Assembly: GCA_001275005.1 (NCBI GenBank)
Contig: JWZX01002168.1
Location: 1-43,375, forward strand
From: Chrysochromulina tobinii
Lineage: Eukaryota
Length of the DNA: 43,375 nt
Direction of reading: 5' to 3'
Part shown: piece by piece, positions 42,701 through 43,375 of the stretch
Layout of the letters: each line of letters begins with the position of its first letter
How positions within the stretch are numbered: the first letter of the stretch is position 1
Notes under the pieces: model-generated
The model's input: only the letters and a program-made list of their open reading frames with translations
Databases searched by the model: none
What the model was told of the DNA's origin: nothing
Program-made: the position numbers and the translations under genes

Positions 42701-43375
42701 GCACGTGGCAAGGTCGCGCGCGGTGCCCGTGACGGAGCCCGAGTGGCAGGCGGCGCTGCCCTGCGTCATGAGCACGCCGGTGGCTCCGCCGCCGTCGGTG
42801 GTGCACTCGTCGTCCCCGCGCAGGACCGGCAGCGCCTGTGGGCAGCAGTGCACGCCGAACCAGCCGTCGACGCACGGCTCGCCGGAGAGCCACTTAAGGC
42901 GGTTGCGCCACGCGCTACCGCCCGTGGAGTCGTAGAGCAGCGCGAGCGCGCGCACCATTTGCGTGGGCGGCATCGAGGGCGGCGGGGGCGAAGGAGGCGG
43001 CGGCGAGGGCGGCGGAGGCGAGGGCGGCGGCGAAGGAGGCGGCGGTGAGGGCGGCGGGGGCGACGGCGCCTGGATCTCGAGGATCTCGTAGGTCGAGACG
43101 ACGTTGGTGATATTCACCCCGAGGGCGCTGGAAAGCGATGCGGCGGTGAGCAAGCTGCTCGCTGGTGGCAGGGACATGAAGACGCGGACATCGATCACAA
43201 TGCTGCCAGAGCGCACCTGTAGGACGACGCTGGACACAGGGGCGCCGAGCAGCTGCGCCAGGAGCGTCCGGAAGTTGGCTACGGCCGCGGCATCAAAGTC
43301 CTCGGCGTTGCCCGCGAAGGTGAGCGCCAGGCTCAGCACGGGCCGGTACTCGGCACCGGGCTGGAGCGGCGGCGG
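36710..43375 (-). CDS. Large receptor-like kinase (5' partial): Pro-rich stalk, LRRs, multi-pass TM region, UIM, HET-like domain, PDZ, TKL kinase
   Basis: Uninterrupted ORF of more than 2,200 aa. LRR: LQHLDLSGNALTGSLP. About 9 hydrophobic helices. UIM: EQEELELALAISASLAE. PDZ: SPAFKAGLRAGDLILAVDG. Kinase: LGAGSFGEV, CAIK, HRDLKPGNVLL, ADFG, GTPPYMAPE, DVWSFG. Confidence 0.88.
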   Translation of the reverse strand, partial: PPPLQPGAEYRPVLSLALTFAGNAEDFDAAAVANFRTLLAQLLGAPVSSVVLQVRSGSIVIDVRVFMSLPPASSLLTAASLSSALGVNITNVVSTYEILEIQAPSPPPPSPPPPSPPPSPPPPSPPPPSPPPPSMPPTQMVRALALLYDSTGGSAWRNRLKWLSGEPCVDGWFGVHCCPQALPVLRGDDECTTDGGGATGVLMTQGSAACHSGSVTGTARDLATCVVVKVLLPSNNLIGSLDSAICELPFLQHLDLSGNALTGSLPSAADCWPRLTYLDLTQTRSWDDEGGVSGRVPEWLLDRLRSLAPLRLANNAFDDPTAAESAVAISRIWQRCQTLGAEQCSGVPPIGCSAFNRQGQRYEVELDGLGCVRCPTPLEIFGIAGGMAGIVLLLVLLVGVFRYFVRKYPEHAKTHVASIMILWGHLQTLAIIGSLQLGWPLIIQQILAGINLPLMGYIPLPCILTDPVLKALLSYAETAGVLMPLVGAWLVARCARKAWAEDVLSMLFSFLFTFGLRASVTLFMRYDEDQTRLIIARLVAPLLWLFWLFLLWRFHRLLREARMMAENAASAKEKAAAAKAAPAPTGRIEMGAYVMVNGRRGKITSDNRTSNPYKVTYDNGEVSGWLHPHDVTRDVTRAARVARAEAVQLQKRARSAAEAVRYLTERYESDDGLGGARWPLRSQWQLVVWARQGLLFLVSFAMDCLMWFSPYEALRTARFVFAALAIAVLGGFWWLQAWRQPYEMRQQHWLETFLYAVDILAIVGACVYGALTRDGTVQDGSIRLAFELGLGALLIVSVVGVVLFVGINIALERWYIQQNYLQHGLVQMLEGKMEAAQIIDQPIVDALRDGAVRLINCAWLLDSAHSDEQLPRVTKVVARVASNKPRSTLVRRLATHCGTSSICITVEAASAASLSPPPSPPEVAALAEVQLELAGAGGHRQGGGRARAGARMRHEQEELELALAISASLAEQEQKEQRDRLAAAELVAIRTVVSERTNASPSQSSMALAPRSSAPLARSMPRRATLNGPPPPPKAASSTLPSSHPDTVAVTASPASPVRPRWRRWRWTPSSPPEVAALAEIQLENLSSAGHMTTVVVTFHLSTFDEVAPLTAVGLRRKAEAVKERLAELGAKDIEIVLGKHFLPRCQDMPEKAFLKPKDAVVLFEKGHRGVRVLSYCWRTGMNDPDGRTLEKIRSYLNVDRGRSGDYGLFVDFACIPQPFAWPSWHAPGAIALRFGSEVVFQGPLTVLRFELERVATEDEAQVCVDELVSLCEENKWELVSIADFKSLGLSDHVSVLFHGRYLRGVYRFDEAVSAEGFVRFRKEGDAEKARHNPKLVGMCGGKEPQLMGEHVFENELKFCRGLSVMGCLYASATGTCVLQLTNPPGKLGSDDVAPSELVSERTGTVFVVQDKSLKDKSLEELQMELGDRVLACEKKGRGGEVVVRIYDQRAARAARLLNVRGYPLRRKARVVYPMYNLRPYGSRGWPTFETSAASIVLTHLTQLKQSGEDLSDELKQAEASGPKLINIDVIDLTLQLKNPNERVGATFFPTFEPNKVVVVDPNSPAFKAGLRAGDLILAVDGVECTESVIAPKLWKDGAGRPVRKLRIAPREVVVVQSPEHLLRQCKKKLRLKRIFFTGNADRKVVVQLLSDFEDSIAVQFDQKRAELHNLRTEDLVRARTEQLGEARRSRDRKEPSLTRGGWACWPLTSHEETLPPLFPMNKFPILHVSEPTHTVHVVPTLTVVPKAPNPKPAPQATIAKASAPAVNVKGTAEAETSAVAASAAAQRDLREVTKDPLFASSDKLTHEYPTSVRDPTNNRRSHKDLINERVSIEGPGRTRMRTLGSLPGNQHSAPIPEGTEMSSLAGGTMTVVKRLSWKELTLKERLGAGSFGEVRVAVWNSTPCAIKSLRAATTPAALQELKNEFELTMLLHHPNVLLTMGIAHDDDDGKTGILMELMPASLLDVLHHHRQREQLATWEASLIHVALDVAKGMAYLHAMGVVHRDLKPGNVLLTEHWVAKVADFGTALTKYAGQAEGAAGTPPYMAPEAIALTSGAKAKPTDVWSFGCMLAHMGTRSIPYSHVRLPAGTPPEEDLRALMAIIVNGQATPLDQLRKVAGCPPGILALTTRCLKTNPVQRPAFPFIVDELEHIQGELRASSPSTKLLRADVLRQSGASASPTNASISNWGTSLATFFFGSPAEGTRKPPLGDGQVEDGHLYA
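42965..43070 (-). repeat. Coding (SPPPP)n repeat
   Basis: Encodes APSPPPPSPPPPSPPPSPPPPSPPPPSPPPPS. Confidence 0.85.

Noticed and set aside
1..43375. Autonomous mobile element (transposase/RT), tRNA or rRNA
   Set aside because: I recognised no such motifs. Any enzyme driving the intron family is not encoded in this window.

Overview
GC-rich eukaryotic genomic DNA, most likely a haptophyte alga (Chrysochromulina-like; inferred from gene content, a selenoprotein, GC-AG introns and intron repeat style). I find about 14 protein-coding genes: a secreted Cys-repeat/VWA/Pro-rich protein missed by the ORF track, an RI-type LRR protein, a hypothetical protein, a two-repeat algal protein, an F-box protein, a selenocysteine glutathione peroxidase with a 3'UTR SECIS, a frameshifted FkbM-like methyltransferase, a PDZ-C2-TBC Rab-GAP, a DYRK-like kinase, a GH31 glycosidase, a sulfotransferase, an SLC35/TPT transporter, a ~3,080-aa protein of 12 RPGRIP1-type C2 domains fused to an NPHP1-like C-terminus, and a partial LRR-multiTM-HET-like-PDZ-TKL receptor kinase. 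The most striking signal is about 20 spliceosomal introns. They are built from sense-oriented CTGATTGCCA/CTGATGAC micro-arrays, often end in CCCCTCATCAG, and carry duplicated copies of the flanking exon sequence, sometimes the intronless junction itself. Some are stacked AG|GT or AG|GC. This looks like an active duplication-coupled intron-generating process. All exon models were derived by hand and restore open frames, but none is transcript-verified.
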